Assembly (NCBI GenBank): GCA_964016885.1
Contig: OZ024741.1
Span: 411,990,001 to 412,054,000, forward strand
Length of the DNA: 64,000 bases
Direction of reading: 5' to 3'
From: Eledone cirrhosa
Taxonomy: Eukaryota
Position 1 is the first letter of the stretch, and every line of letters starts with the position of its first letter. The translations under genes and the position numbers were made by a program. Below the pieces are notes generated by a model. The model was not told where the DNA came from. It made no database searches and was given only the letters and a program-made list of their open reading frames with translations. Of the stretch, positions 15,101-29,300 are shown in pieces.

Positions 15101-18100
15101 TCTATGTTGTTTAACCCTTCCCTTACCATATTTCTAATGTAAGACACTGTCTATGTTGTTTAACCCTTCCATTACCATATTTCTAATGAAAGACACTGTC
15201 TATGTTGTTTAACCCTTTCATTACCATATTTCTAATGTAAGACACTGTCTATGTTGTTTAACACTTTCATTAACATATTTCTAATGTAAGACACTGTCTA
15301 TGTTGTTTAACCCTTTCATTACCATATTTCTAATGTAAGACACTGTCTATGTTGTTTAACCCTTTCATTACCATATTTCTAATGTAAGACACAGTCTATG
15401 TTGTTTAACCCTTTCATTAACATATTTCTAATGTAAGACACTGTCTATGTTGTTTAACCCTTTCATTACCATATTTCTAATGTAAGACACTGTCTATGTT
15501 GTTTAACCCTTTCATTATCATATTTCTAATGTAAGACACTGTCTATGTTGTTTAACCCTTTCATTACCATATTTCTAATGTAAGACACTGTCTATGTTGT
15601 TTAACCCTTTCATTACCATATTTCTAGTGTAAGACACTGTCTATGTTGTTTAACCCTTTCATTATCATATTTCTAATGTAAGACACCGTCTATGTTGTTT
15701 AACCCTTTCATTACCATATTTCTAATGTAAGACACTGTCTATGTTGTTTAACCCTTTCATTACCATATTTCTAGTGTAAGACACTGTCTATGTTATTTAA
15801 CCCTTTCATTACCATATTTCTAGTGTAAGACACTGTCTATGTTGTTTAACCCTTTCATTACCATATTTCTAATGTAAGACACTGTCTATGTTGTTTAACC
15901 CTTTCATTACCATATTTCTAGTGTAAGACACTGTCTATGTTGTTTAACTCTTTTATTACCATATTTCTAATGTAAGACACTGTCTATGTTGTTTAACTCT
16001 TTTATTACCATATTTCTAATGAAAGACACTGTCTATGTTGTTTAACTCTTTTATTACCATATTTCTAATGTAAGACACTGTCTATGTTGTTTAACTCTTT
16101 TATTACCATATTTCTAATGTAAGACACTCTCTATGTTGTTTAACTCTTTTATTACCATATTTCTAATGTAAGACACTGTCTATGTTGTTTAACCCTTTCA
16201 TTACCATATTTCTAATGAAAGACACTGTCTATGTTGTTTATCTCTTTTATTACCATATTTCTAATGTAAGACACTGTCTATGTTGTTTAACTCTTTTATT
16301 ACCATATTTCTAATGTAAGACACTGTCTATGTTGTTTAACTCTTTTATTACCATATTTCTGATGAAAGACACTGTCTATGTTGTTTAACACTTTTATTAC
16401 CATATTTCTAATGTAAGACACTGTCTATGTTGTTTAACTCTTTTATTACCATATTTCTAATGAAAGACACTGTCTATGTTGTTTAACTCTTTTATTACCA
16501 TATTTCTAATGTAAGACACTGTCTATGTTGTTTAACTCTTTTATTACCATATTTCTAATGTAAGACACAGTCTATGTTGTTTAACCCTTTCATTAACATA
16601 TTTCTAATGTAAGACACTGTCTATGTTGTTTAACCCTTTCATTACCATATTTCTAATGTAAGACACTGTCTATGTTGTTTAACCCTTTCATTATCATATT
16701 TCTAATGTAAGACACTGTCTATGTTGTTTAACCCTTTCATTACCATATTTCTAATGTAAGACACTGTCTATGTTGTTTAACCCTTTCATTACCATATTTC
16801 TAGTGTAAGACACTGTCTATGTTGTTTAACCCTTTCATTATCATATTTCTAATGTAAGACACTGTCTATGTTGTTTAACCCTTTCATTACCATATTTCTA
16901 ATGTAAGACACTGTCTATGTTGTTTAACCCTTTCATTACCATATTTCTAGTGTAAGACACTGTCTATGTTGTTTAACCCTTTCATTACCATATTTCTAGT
17001 GTAAGACACTGTCTATGTTGTTTAACCCTTTCATTACCATATTTCTAATGTAAGTCACTGTCTATGTTGTTTAACCCTTTCATTAACATATTTCTAGTGT
17101 AAGACACTGTCTATTGTGTTTAACTCTTTTATTACCATATTTCTAATGTAAGACACTGTCTATGTTGTTTAACTCTTTTATTACCATATTTCTAATGAAA
17201 GACACTGTCTATGTTGTTTAACTCTTTTATTACCATATTTCTAATGTAAGACACTGTCTATGTTGTTTAACTCTTTTATTACCATATTTCTAATGTAAGA
17301 CACTCTCTATGTTGTTTCACTCTTTTATTACCATATTTCTAATGTAAGACACTGTCTATGTTGTTTAACCCTTTCATTACCATATTTCTAATGAAAGACA
17401 CTGTCTATGTTGTTTAACTCTTTTATTACCATATTTCTAATGTAAGACACTGTCTATGTTGTTTAACTCTTTTATTACCATATTTCTGATGAAAGACACT
17501 GTCTATGTTGTTTAACTCTTTTATTACCATATTTCTAATGTAAGACACTGTCTATATTGTTTAACTCTTTTATTACCATATTTCTAATGTAAGACACTGT
17601 CTATGTTGTTTAACTCTTTTATTACCATATTTCTAATGAAAGACACTGTCTATGTTGTTTAACTCTTTTATTACCATATTTCTAATGTAAGACACTGTCT
17701 ATGTTGTTTAACTCTTTTATTACCATATTTCTAATGTAAGACACAGTCTATGTTGTTTAACCCTTTCATTAACATATTTCTAATGTAAGACACTGTCTAT
17801 GTTGTTTAACCCTTTCATTACCATATTTCTAATGTAAGACACTGTCTATGTTGTTTAACCCTTTCATTATTATATTTCTAATGTAAGACACTGTCTATGT
17901 TGTTTAACCCTTTCATTACCATATTTCTAATGTAAGACACTGTCTATGTTGTTTAACCCTTTCATTACCATATTTCTAGTGTAAGACACTGTCTATGTTG
18001 TTTAACCCTTTCATTATCATATTTCTAATGTAAGACACTGTCTATGTTGTTTAACCCTTTCATTACCATATTTCTAGTGTAAGACACTGTCTATGTTGTT

Positions 18101-21100
18101 TAACCCTTTCATTACCATATTTCTAATGTAAGTCACTGTCTATGTTGTTTAACCCTTTCATTACCATATTTCTAGTGTAAGACACTGTCTATTGTGTTTA
18201 ACTCTTTTATTACCATATTTCTAATGTAAGACACTGTCTATGTTGTTTAACTCTTTTATTACCATATTTCTAATGAAAGACACTGTCTATGTTGTTTAAC
18301 TCTTTTATTACCATATTTCTAATGTAAGACACTGTCTATGTTGTTTAACTCTTTTATTACCATATTTCTAATGTAAGACACTCTCTATGTTGTTTCACTC
18401 TTTTATTACCATATTTCTAATGTAAGACACTGTCTATGTTGTTTAACCCTTTCATTACCATATTTCTAATGAAAGACACTGTCTATGTTGTTTAACTCTT
18501 TTATTACCATATTTCTAATGTAAGACACTGTCTATGTTGTTTAACTCTTTTATTACCATATTTCTGATGAAAGACACTGTCTATGTTGTTTAACTCTTTT
18601 ATTACCATATTTCTAATGTAAGACACTGTCTATATTGTTTAACTCTTTTATTACCATATTTCTAATGTAAGACACTGTCTATGTTGTTTAACTCTTTTAT
18701 TACCATATTTCTAATGAAAGACACTGTCTATGTTGTTTAACTCTTTTATTACCATATTTCTAATGTAAGACACTGTCTATGTTGTTTAACTCTTTTATTA
18801 CCATATTTCTAATGTAAGACACTGTCTATGTTGTTTAACTCTTTTATTACCATATTTCTAATGTAAGACACTGTCTATGTTGTTTAACCCTTTCATTACC
18901 ATATTTCTAATGTAAGACACTGTCTATGTTGTTTAACTCTTTTATTACCATATTTCTAATGTAAGACACTGTCTATGTTGTTTAACTCTTTTATTACCAT
19001 ATTTCTAATGAAAGACACTGTCTATGTTGTTTAACTCTTTTATTACCATATTTCTAATGTAAGACACTGTCTATGTTGTTTAACCCTTTCATTACCATAT
19101 TTCTAATGTAAGACACTGTCTATGTTGTTTAACCCTTTCATTACCATATTTCTAGTGTAAGACACTGTCTATGTTGTTTAACCCTTTCATTACCATATTT
19201 CTAGTGTAAGACACTGTCTATGTTGTTTAACTCTTTTATTACCATATTTCTAATGTAAGACACTGTCTATGTTGTTTAACTCTTTTATTACCATATTTCT
19301 AATGAAAGACACTGTCTATGTTGTTTAACTCTTTTATTACCATATTTCTAATGTAAGACACTGTCTATGTTGTTTAACTCTTTTATTACCATATTTCTAA
19401 TGTAAGACACTCTCTATGTTGTTTAACTCTTTTATTACCATATTTCTAATGTAAGACACTGTCTATGTTGTTTAACCCTTTCATTACCATATTTCTAATG
19501 AAAGACACTGTCTATGTTGTTTATCTCTTTTATTACCATATTTCTAACGTAAGACACTGTCTATGTTGTTTAACTCTTTTATTACCATATTTCTAATGTA
19601 AGACACTGTCTATGTTGTTTAACTCTTTTATTACCATATTTCTGATGAAAGACACTGTCTATGTTGTTTAACTCTTTTATTACCATATTTCTAATGTAAG
19701 ACACTGTCTATGTTGTTTAACTCTTTTATTACCATATTTCTAAAGTAAGACACTGTCTATGTTGTTTAACTCTTTTATTACCATATTTCTAATGAAAGAC
19801 ACTGTCTATGTTGTTTAACTCTTTTATTACCATATTTCTAATGTAAGACACTGTCTATGTTGTTTAACTCTTTTATTACCATATTTCTAATGTAAGACAC
19901 AGTCTATGTTGTTTAACCCTTTCATTAACATATTTCTAATGTAAGACACTGTCTATGTTGTTTAACCCTTTCATTACCATATTTCTAATGTAAGACACTG
20001 TCTATGTTGTTTAACCCTTTCATTACCATATTTCTAATGTAAGACACTGTCTATGTTGTTTAACCCTTTCATTACCATATTTCTAGTGTAAGACACTGTC
20101 TATGTTGTTTAACCCTTTCATTACCATATTTCTAGTGTAAGACACTGTCTATGTTGTTTAACCCTTTCATTACCATATTTCTAATGTAAGTCACTGTCTA
20201 TGTTGTTTAACCCTTTCATTACCATATTTCTAGTGTAAGACACTGTCTATGTTGTTTAACTCTTTTATTACCATATTTCTAATGTAAGACACTGTCTATG
20301 ATGTTTAACTCTTTTATTACCATATTTCTAATGAAAGACACTGTCTATGTTGTTTAACTCTTTTATCACCATATTTCTAATGTAAGACACTGTCTATGTT
20401 GTTTAACTCTTTTATTACCATATTTCTAATGTAAGACACTCTCTATGTTGTTTAACTCTTTTATTACCATATTTCTAATGTAAGACACTGTCTATGTTGT
20501 TTAACCCTTTCATTACCATATTTCTAATGAAAGACACTGTCTATGTTGTTTAACTCTTTTATTACCATATTTCTAATGTAAGACACTGTCTATGTTGTTT
20601 AACTCATTTATTACCATATTTCTAATGTAAGACACTGTCTATGTTGTTTAACTCTTTTATTACCATATTTCTGATGAAAGACACTATCTATGTTGTTTAA
20701 CTCTTTTATTACCATATTTCTAATGTAAGACACTGTCTATATTGTTTAACTCTTTTATTACCATATTTCTAATGTAAGACACTGTCTATGTTGTTTAACT
20801 CTTTTATTACCATATTTCTAATGAAAGACACTGTCTATGTTGTTTAACTCTTTTATTACCATATTTCTAATGTAAGACACTGTCTATGTTGTTTAACTCT
20901 TTTATTACCATATTTCTAATGTAAGACACTGTCTATGTTGTTTAACTCTTTTATTACCATATTTCTAATGTAAGACACTGTCTATGTTGTTTAACCCTTT
21001 CATTACCATATTTCTAATGTAAGACACTGTGTATGTTGTTTAACTCTTTTATTACCATATTTCTAATGTAAGACACTGTCTATGTTGTTTAACTCTTTTA

Positions 21101-22553
21101 TTACCATATTTCTAATGAAAGACACTGTCTATGTTGTTTAACTCTTTTATTACCATATTTCTAATGTAAGACACTGTCTATGTTGTTTAACCCTTTAATT
21201 ACCATATTTCTAATGTAAGACACTGTCTATGTTGTTTAACTTTTTTATTACCATATTTGTAATGTAAGACACTGTCTATGTTGTTTTAACTCTTTTATTA
21301 CCATATTTCTAATGTAAGACACTGTCTATGTTGTTTAATTCTTTTATTACCATATTTGTAATGTAAGACACTGTCTATGTTGTTTAACTCTTTTATTACC
21401 ATATTTGTAATGTAAGACACTGTCTATGTTGTTTAACTCTTTTATTACCATATTTCTAATGTAAGACACTGTCTATGTTGTTTAACTCTTTTATTACCAT
21501 ATTTCTAATGAAAGACACTGTATATGTTGTTTAACTCTTTTATTACCATATTTCTAATGTAAGACACTGTCTATGTTGTTTAACCCTTTAATTACCATAT
21601 TTCTAATGTAAGACACTGTCTATGTTGTTTAACTTTTTTATTACCATATTTGTAATGTAAGACACTGTCTATGTTGTTTTAACTCTTTTATTACCATATT
21701 TCTAATGTAAGACACTGTCTATGTTGTTTAACTCTTTTATTACCATATTTGTAATGTAAGACACTGTCTATGTTGTTTAACTCTTTTATTACCATATTTG
21801 TAATGTAAGACACTGTCTATGTTGTTTAACTCTTTTATTACCATATTTCTAATGTAAGACACTGTCTATGTTGTTTAACTCTTTTATTACCATATTTCTA
21901 ATGTAAGACACTGTCTATGTTGTTTAACTCTTTTATTACCATATTTGTAATGTAAGACACTCTCTATGTTGTTTAACTCTTTTATTACCATATTTGTAAT
22001 GTAAGACACTGTCTATGTTGTTTAACTCTTTTATTACCATATTTGTAATGTAAGACACTGTCTATGTTGTTTAACTCTTTTATTACCATATTTGTAATGT
22101 AAGACACTGTCTATGTTGTTTAACTCTTTTATTACCATATTTGTAATGTAAGACACTGTCTATGTTGTTTAACTCTTTTATTACCATATTTCTAATGTAA
22201 GACACTGTCTATGTTGTTTAACTCTTTTATTACCATATTTGTAATGTAAGACACTGTCTATGTTGTTTAACTCTTTTATTACCATATTTGTAATGTAAGA
22301 CACTGTCTATGTTGTTTAACTCTTTTATTACCATATTTGTAATGTAAGACACTGTCTATGTTGTTTAACTCTTTTATTACCATATTTCTAATGTAAGACA
22401 CTGTCTATGTTGTTTAACTCTTTTATTACCATATTTGTAATGTAAGACACTGTCTATGTTGTTTAACCCTTCCATTACCATATCTCTAATGTAAGACACT
22501 GTCTATGTTGTTTAACTCTTTTATTACATATTTCTAATGAACCATACTGTCTA
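177..22553. repeat. Satellite A: tandem array of a 49-bp unit (48-bp variants), consensus TTAACCCTTTCATTACCATATTTCTAATGTAAGACACTGTCTATGTTGT, roughly 455-460 copies
   Basis: Period read directly (e.g. TAACCCTTTC at 961 recurs at 1010). Copy number estimated as length divided by period. The ORF track shows no ORF within the array body. Confidence 0.98.
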
Positions 22554-22736
22554 TAATTTTCAAATAATTTTGAAAATAATCAAGAAAGTGGTGTGATTTA
22601 GTAATATAAGTAATTTTCCCATTATTAAGCTGGTGTTTGGAATATAACTTAAGAAAAATTCTTACATAAAATTATGATGGAAAGTTTTTAGACGAATATA
22701 AAGACTTTAAATGAAAGAGGGGTGGCATCAAGAGAG
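181..22736. mobile_element. piggyBac-like non-autonomous element (MITE A) whose left end is amplified into satellite A
   Basis: TTAA at 177-180 and 22737-22740. The last array unit runs into a non-repeated AT-rich body (22554-22736) ending GGTGGCATCAAGAGAG|TTAA, whose reverse complement CTCTCTTGATGCCA matches the unit start CTCTTTTATTACCA at 10/14. The body is similar to 43848-44000. A TTAA target with CCC/CTC-starting termini is the piggyBac signature. Confidence 0.72.
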
Positions 22737-23167
22737 TTAATACAGGTGTGTTTAGTAATTATTTAATATCATAGAATGGAGAAAATGTGTCAGTGTTTGT
22801 TGGTGTTTGAATCACTGCTTCACTACCTTTCTTGAGATTTAAGGAGTGCCACTCAGCTCCCCACCTCACATTCCTCTCATGTTGACATACTTTCACACAC
22901 ATACATATACATACATAGATGCATACACTCACTCACTCACACACTCATGTATATGGATGTGTGAGTGTCTAATGGTGTGTGTCCTTTACAGGTACATATG
23001 GCTGAAAGATACAAAACACACACTGACACTAACATACATATACTCCCATGCAGGTTTTGCAGGCCTACTATGAGGGCGTATTAAATTGGAGGTTTCTTGA
23101 AGTGTTCCACAGCACCTCCCACTCTTCCGGGTTCACCCACCACCCTAACACATTCTATCACCTTTAC

Positions 23168-23370
23168 CATCATCATCATCACCGTTTAACGTCCATTTTT
23201 CTACACTATGATGGGTTAGATCAGTTGTCCTGTTGTGAGCAATGCTAGGTCAGGTGACCATGTCTTGCTTATACAGAACTGATTTGGGTTTGGTTTCTAC
23301 AGCTGGATACCCTTCCTAGTGTCAACCTCATTTACAGTGTGGACTGGGTCCTTTTTGTCATGACACCTAC
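23168..23370 (-). mobile_element. RTE-related SINE/non-autonomous element remnant (3' tail plus RTE-5'UTR-derived body), host of satellite B
   Basis: The minus strand of 23168-23200 reads GAAAAATGGACGTTAAACGGTGATGATGATG, like the RTE 3' end at ~56548-56595. 23291-23370 on the minus strand matches the RTE 5' region at 53387-53450 (CCCAGTCCA..CTGTAA..AGGAAGGG.ATCCA). Confidence 0.75.
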
Positions 23371-26300
23371 ATGACCACTCTACAGTGTGGAGTGGGTCCT
23401 TTTTGTCATGATACCTACATGACCACTTTACAGTGTGGAGTGGGTCCTTTTTGTCATGACACCTACATGACCACTTTACAGTGTGGAGTGGGTCCTTTTT
23501 GTCATGATACCTACATGACCACTCTACAGTGTGGAGTGGGTCCTTTTTGTCATGATACCTACATGACCACTCTACAGTGTGGAGTCGGTCCTTTTTGTCA
23601 TGACACCTACATGACCACTTTACAGTGTGGAGTGGGTCCTTTTTGTCATGACACCTACATGACCACTCTACAGTGTGGACTGGGTGCTTTTTGTCATGAC
23701 ACCTACATGACTACTTTACAGTGTGGAGTGGGTCCTTTTTGTCATGACACCTACATGACCACTCTACAGTGTGGACTGGGTGCTTTTTGTCATGACACCT
23801 ACATGACTACTTTACAGTGTGCAGTGGGTCCTTTTTGTCATGATACCTACATGACCACTTTACAGTGTGGAGTGGGTCCTTTTTGTCATGATACCTACAT
23901 GACTACTTTACAGAGTGGACTGGGTGCTTTTTGTCATGACACCTACATGACTACTTTACAGTGTGGAGTGGGTCCTTTTTGCCATGATACCTACATGACT
24001 ACTTTACAGTGTGGACTGGGTGCTTTTTGTCATGACACCTACATGACTACTTTACAGAGTGGACTGGGTGCTTTTTGTCATGACACCTACATGACTACTT
24101 TACAGTGTGGAGTGGGTCCTTTTTGTCATGATACCTACATGACTACTTTACAGAGTGGACTGGGTGCTTTTTGTCATGACACCTACATGACTACTTTACA
24201 GTGTGGAGTGGGTCCTTTTTGTCATGACACCTACATGACTACTTTACAGAGTGGACTGGGTGCTTTTTGTCATGACACCTACATGACTACTTTACAGTGT
24301 GGACTGGGTGCTTTTTGTCATGACACCTACATGACTACTTTACAGAGTGGACTGGGTGCTTTTTGCCCTGACACCTACATGACCACTTTAAAGAGTGGAC
24401 TGGGTGCTTTTTGTCATGATACCTACATGACCACTTTACAGTGTGGACTGGGTGCTTTTTGTCATGATACCTACATGACTACTTTACAGTGTGGACTGGG
24501 TGATTTTGTCATGACACCTACATGACTACTTTACAGTGTGGAGTGGGTCCTTTTTGTCATGATACCTACATGACCACTTTACAGTGTGGAGTGGGTCCTT
24601 TTTGTCATGATACCTACATGACCACTTTACAGTGTGGAGTGGGTCCTTTTTGTCATGATACCTACATGACCACTTTACAGTGTGGAGTGGGTCCTTTTTG
24701 TCATGATACCTACATGACCACTTTACAGTGTGGACTGGGTGCTTTTTGTCATGACACCTACATGACTACTTTACAGAGTGGACTGGGTGCTTTTTGTCAT
24801 GACACCTACATGACCACTTTACAGTGTGGACTGGGTGCTTTTTGCCCTGACACCTACATGACCACTTTACAGTGTGGACTGGGTGCTCTTTGTCATGACA
24901 CCTACATGACCACTTTACAGTGTGGACTGGGTGCTTTTGTCATGACACCTACATGACCACTTTACAGTGTGGACTGGGTGCTTTTTGTCATGATACCTAC
25001 ATGACTACTTTACAGTGTGGACTGGGTGCTTTTTGTCATGACACCTACATGACCACTTTACAGTGTGGAGTGGGTCCTTTTTGTCATGATACCTACATGA
25101 CCACTTTACAGTGTGGACTGGGTGCTTTTTGTCATGACACCTACATGACTACTTTACAGAGTGGACTGGGTGCTTTTTGTCATGACACCTACATGACCAC
25201 TTTACAGTGTGGACTGGGTGTTTTTTGTTGTGACACCTACATGACTACTTTACAGTGTGGGCTGGGTACTTTTTGTTGTGACACCTACATGACCACTCTA
25301 CAGTGTGGAGTGGGTGTTTTTTGTTGTGACACCTACATGACCACTTTACAGTGTGGACTGGGTGTTTTTTGTTGTGACACCTACATGACCACTTTACAGT
25401 GTGGACTGGGTGCCTTTTGTCATGACACTTACATGACCACTTTACAGTGTGGACTGGGTGTTTTTTGTTGTGACACCTACATGACCACTTTACAGTGTGG
25501 ACTGGGTATTTTTTGTCATGACACCTACATGACCACTTTACAGTGTGGACTGGGTACTTTTTGTTGTTATACCTACATGACCACTTTACAGTGTGGACTG
25601 GGTGTTTTTTGTTGTGACAGCTACATGACCACCTTACAGTGTGGGCTGGGTACATTTTGTTGTGACAGCTACATGACCACTTTACAGTGTGGACTGGGTG
25701 CCTTTTGTCATGAAACCTACATGACCACTTTACAGTGTAGACTGGGTACTTTTTGTTGTTACACCTACATGACCAGTTTACAGTGTGGGCTGGGTACCTT
25801 TTGTTGTGACACCTACATGACCACTTTACAGTGTGGACTGGGTGTTTTTTGTTGTGACACCTACATGACCACTTTACAGTGTGGACTGGGTATTTTTTGT
25901 CATGACACCTACATGACCACTTTACAGTGTGGACTGGGTGTTTTTTGTTGTGACACCTACATGACCACTTTACAGTGTGGACTGGGTATTTTTTGTCATG
26001 ACACCTACATGACCACTTTACAGTGTGGACTGGGTGTTTTTTGTTGTGACAGCTACATTGTGACAGCTATTTTGTTGTGACACCTACATGACCACTTTAC
26101 AGTGTGGACTGGGTGCCTTTTGTCATGACACCTACATGACCACTTTACAGTGTAGACTGGGTGTTTTTTGTTCTGACACCTACATGACTACTTTACAGTG
26201 TAGACTGGGTACTTTTTGTTGTTACACCTACATGACCACTTTACAGTGTGGGATGGGTACCTTTTGTTGTGACACCTACATGACCACTTTACAGTGTGGA

Positions 26301-29300
26301 CTGGGTGTTTTTTGTTGTGACACCTACATGACCACTTTACAGTGTGGACTGTGTGCCTTTTGTCATGACACCTACATGACCACTTTACAGTGTGGACTGG
26401 GTGTTTTTTGTTGTGACACCTACATAACCACTTTACAGTGTGGACTGGGTATTTTTTGTCATGACACCTACATGACCACTTTACAGTGTGGACTGGGTAC
26501 TTTTTGTTGTTATACCTACATGACCACTTTACAGTGTGGACTGGGTGTTTTTTGTTGTGACAGCTACATGACCACTTTACAGTGTGGGCTGGGTACATTC
26601 TGTTGTGACAGCTACATGACCACTTTACAGTGTGGACTGGGTGCCTTTTGTCATGACACCTACATGACCACTTTACAGTGTAGACTGGGTACTTTTTGTT
26701 GTTACACCTACATGACCACTTTACAGTGTGGGCTGGGTACCTTTTGTTGTGACACCTACGTAACCACTTTACAGTGTGGACTGGGTGTTTTTTGTTGTGA
26801 CACCTACATGACCACTTTACAGTGTGGACTGGGTGCTTTTTGTCATTACACCTACATGACCACTTTACAGTGTGGACTGGGTGCTTTTTGTCATGATACC
26901 TACATGACTACTTTACAGTGTGGACTGGGTGCTTTTTGTCATGACACCTACATGACCACTTTACAGTGTGGAGTGGGTCCTTTTTGTCATGATATCTACA
27001 TGACCACTTTACAGTGTGGAGTGGGTCCTTTTTGTCATGATACCTACATGACCACTTTACAGTGTGGACTGGGTGCTTTTTGTCATGACACCTACATGAC
27101 TACTTTACAGAGTGGACTGTTGCTTTTTGTCATGACACCTACATGACCACTTTACAGTGTGGACTGGGTGCTTTTTGCCCTGACACCTACATGACCACTT
27201 TACAGTGTGGACTGGGTGCTCTTTGTCATGACACCTACATGACCACTTTACAGTGTGGACTGGGTGCTTTTTGTCATGACACCTACATGACCACTTTACA
27301 GTGTGGACTGGGTGCTTTTTGTCATGATACCTACATGACTACTTTACAGTGTGGACTGGGTGCTTTTTGTCATGACACCTACAAGACCACTTTACATTGT
27401 GGAGTGGGTCCTTTTTGTCATGATACCTACATGACTACTTTACAGTGTGGACTGGGTGCTTTTTGTCATGACACCTACATGACTACTTTACAGAGTGGAC
27501 TGGGTGCTTTTTGTCATGACACCTACATGACCACTTTACAGTGTGGACTGGGTGTTTTTTGTTGTGACACCTACATGACTACTTTACAGTGTGGGCTGGG
27601 TACTTTTTGTTGTGACACCTACATGACCACTTTACAGTGTGGACTGGGTGTTTTTTGTTGTGACACCTACATGACCACTTTACAGTGTGGACTGGGTGCC
27701 TTTTGTCATGACACCTACATGACCACTTTACAGTGTGGACTGGGTGTTTTTTGTTGTGACACCTACATGAGCACTTTACAGTGTGGACTGGGTGTTTTTT
27801 GTTGTGACACCTACATGACTACTTTACAGTGTGGGCTGGGTACTTTTTGTTGTGACACCTACATGACCACTTTACAGTGTGGACTGGGTGCTTTTTGTTG
27901 TGACACCTACATGACCACTTTACAGTGTGGACTGGGTATTAATTGTCATGACACCTACATGACCACTTTACAGTGTGGACTGGGTACTTTTTGTTGTTAT
28001 ACCTACATGACCACTTTACAGTGTGGACTGGGTGTTTTTTGTTGTGACAGCTACATGACCACTTTACAGTGTGGGCTGGGTACATTTTGTTGTGACAGCT
28101 ACATGACCACTTTACAGTGTGGACTTGGTGTTTTTTGTTGTGACACCTACATGACCACTTTACAGTGTGGACTGGGTATTTTTTGTCATGACACCTACAT
28201 GACCACTTTACAGTGTGGAGTGGGTGTTTTTTGTTGTGACACCTACATGACCACTTTACAGTGTGGACTGGGTGTTTTTTGTTGTGACAGCTACATGACG
28301 ACTTTACAGTGTCGGCTGGGTACATTTTGTTGTGACAGCTACATGACCACTTTACAGTGTGGACTGGGTGCCTTTTGTCATGACACCTACATGACCACTT
28401 TACAGTGTAGACTGGGTACTTTTTGTTGTTACACCTACATGACCACTTTACAGTGTGGGCTGGGTACCTTTTGTTGTTACACCTACATGACCACTTTACA
28501 GTGTGGACTGGGTGTTTTTTGTTGTGACACCTACATGACCACTTTACAGTGTGGAGTGTGTGCCTTTTGTCATGATACCTACATGACCACTTTACAGTGT
28601 GGACTGGGTGTTTTTTGTTGTGACACCTACATGACCACTTTACAGTGTGGACTGGGTATTTTTTGTCATGACACCTACATGACCACTTTACAGTGTGGAC
28701 TGGGTACTTTTTGTTGTTATACCTACATGACCACTTTACAGTGTGGACTGGGTGTTTTTTGTTGTGACAGCTACATGACCACTTTACAGTGTGGGCTGGG
28801 TACATTCTGTTGTGACAGCTACATGACCACTTTACAGTGTGGACTGGGTGCCTTTTGTCATGACACCTACATGACCACTTTACAGTGTAGACTGTGTGCT
28901 TTTTGTCATGACACCTACATGACCACTTTACAGTGTGGACTGGGTGCTTTTTGTCATGACACCTACATGACCACTTTACAGTGTGGACTGGGTGCTTTTT
29001 GTCATGATACCTACATGACTACTTTACAGTGTGGACTGGGTGCTTTTTGTCATGACACCTACATGACCACTTTACAGTGTGGAGTGGGTCCTTTTTGTCA
29101 TGATACCTACATGACTACTTTACAGTGTGGACTGGGTGCTTTTTGTCATGACACCTACATGACTACTTTACAGAGTGGACTGGGTGCTTTTTGTCATGAC
29201 ACCTACATGACCACTTTACAGTGTGGACTGGGTGTTTTTTGTTGTGACACCTACATGACTACTTTACAGTGTGGGCTGGGTACTTTTTGTTGTGATACCT

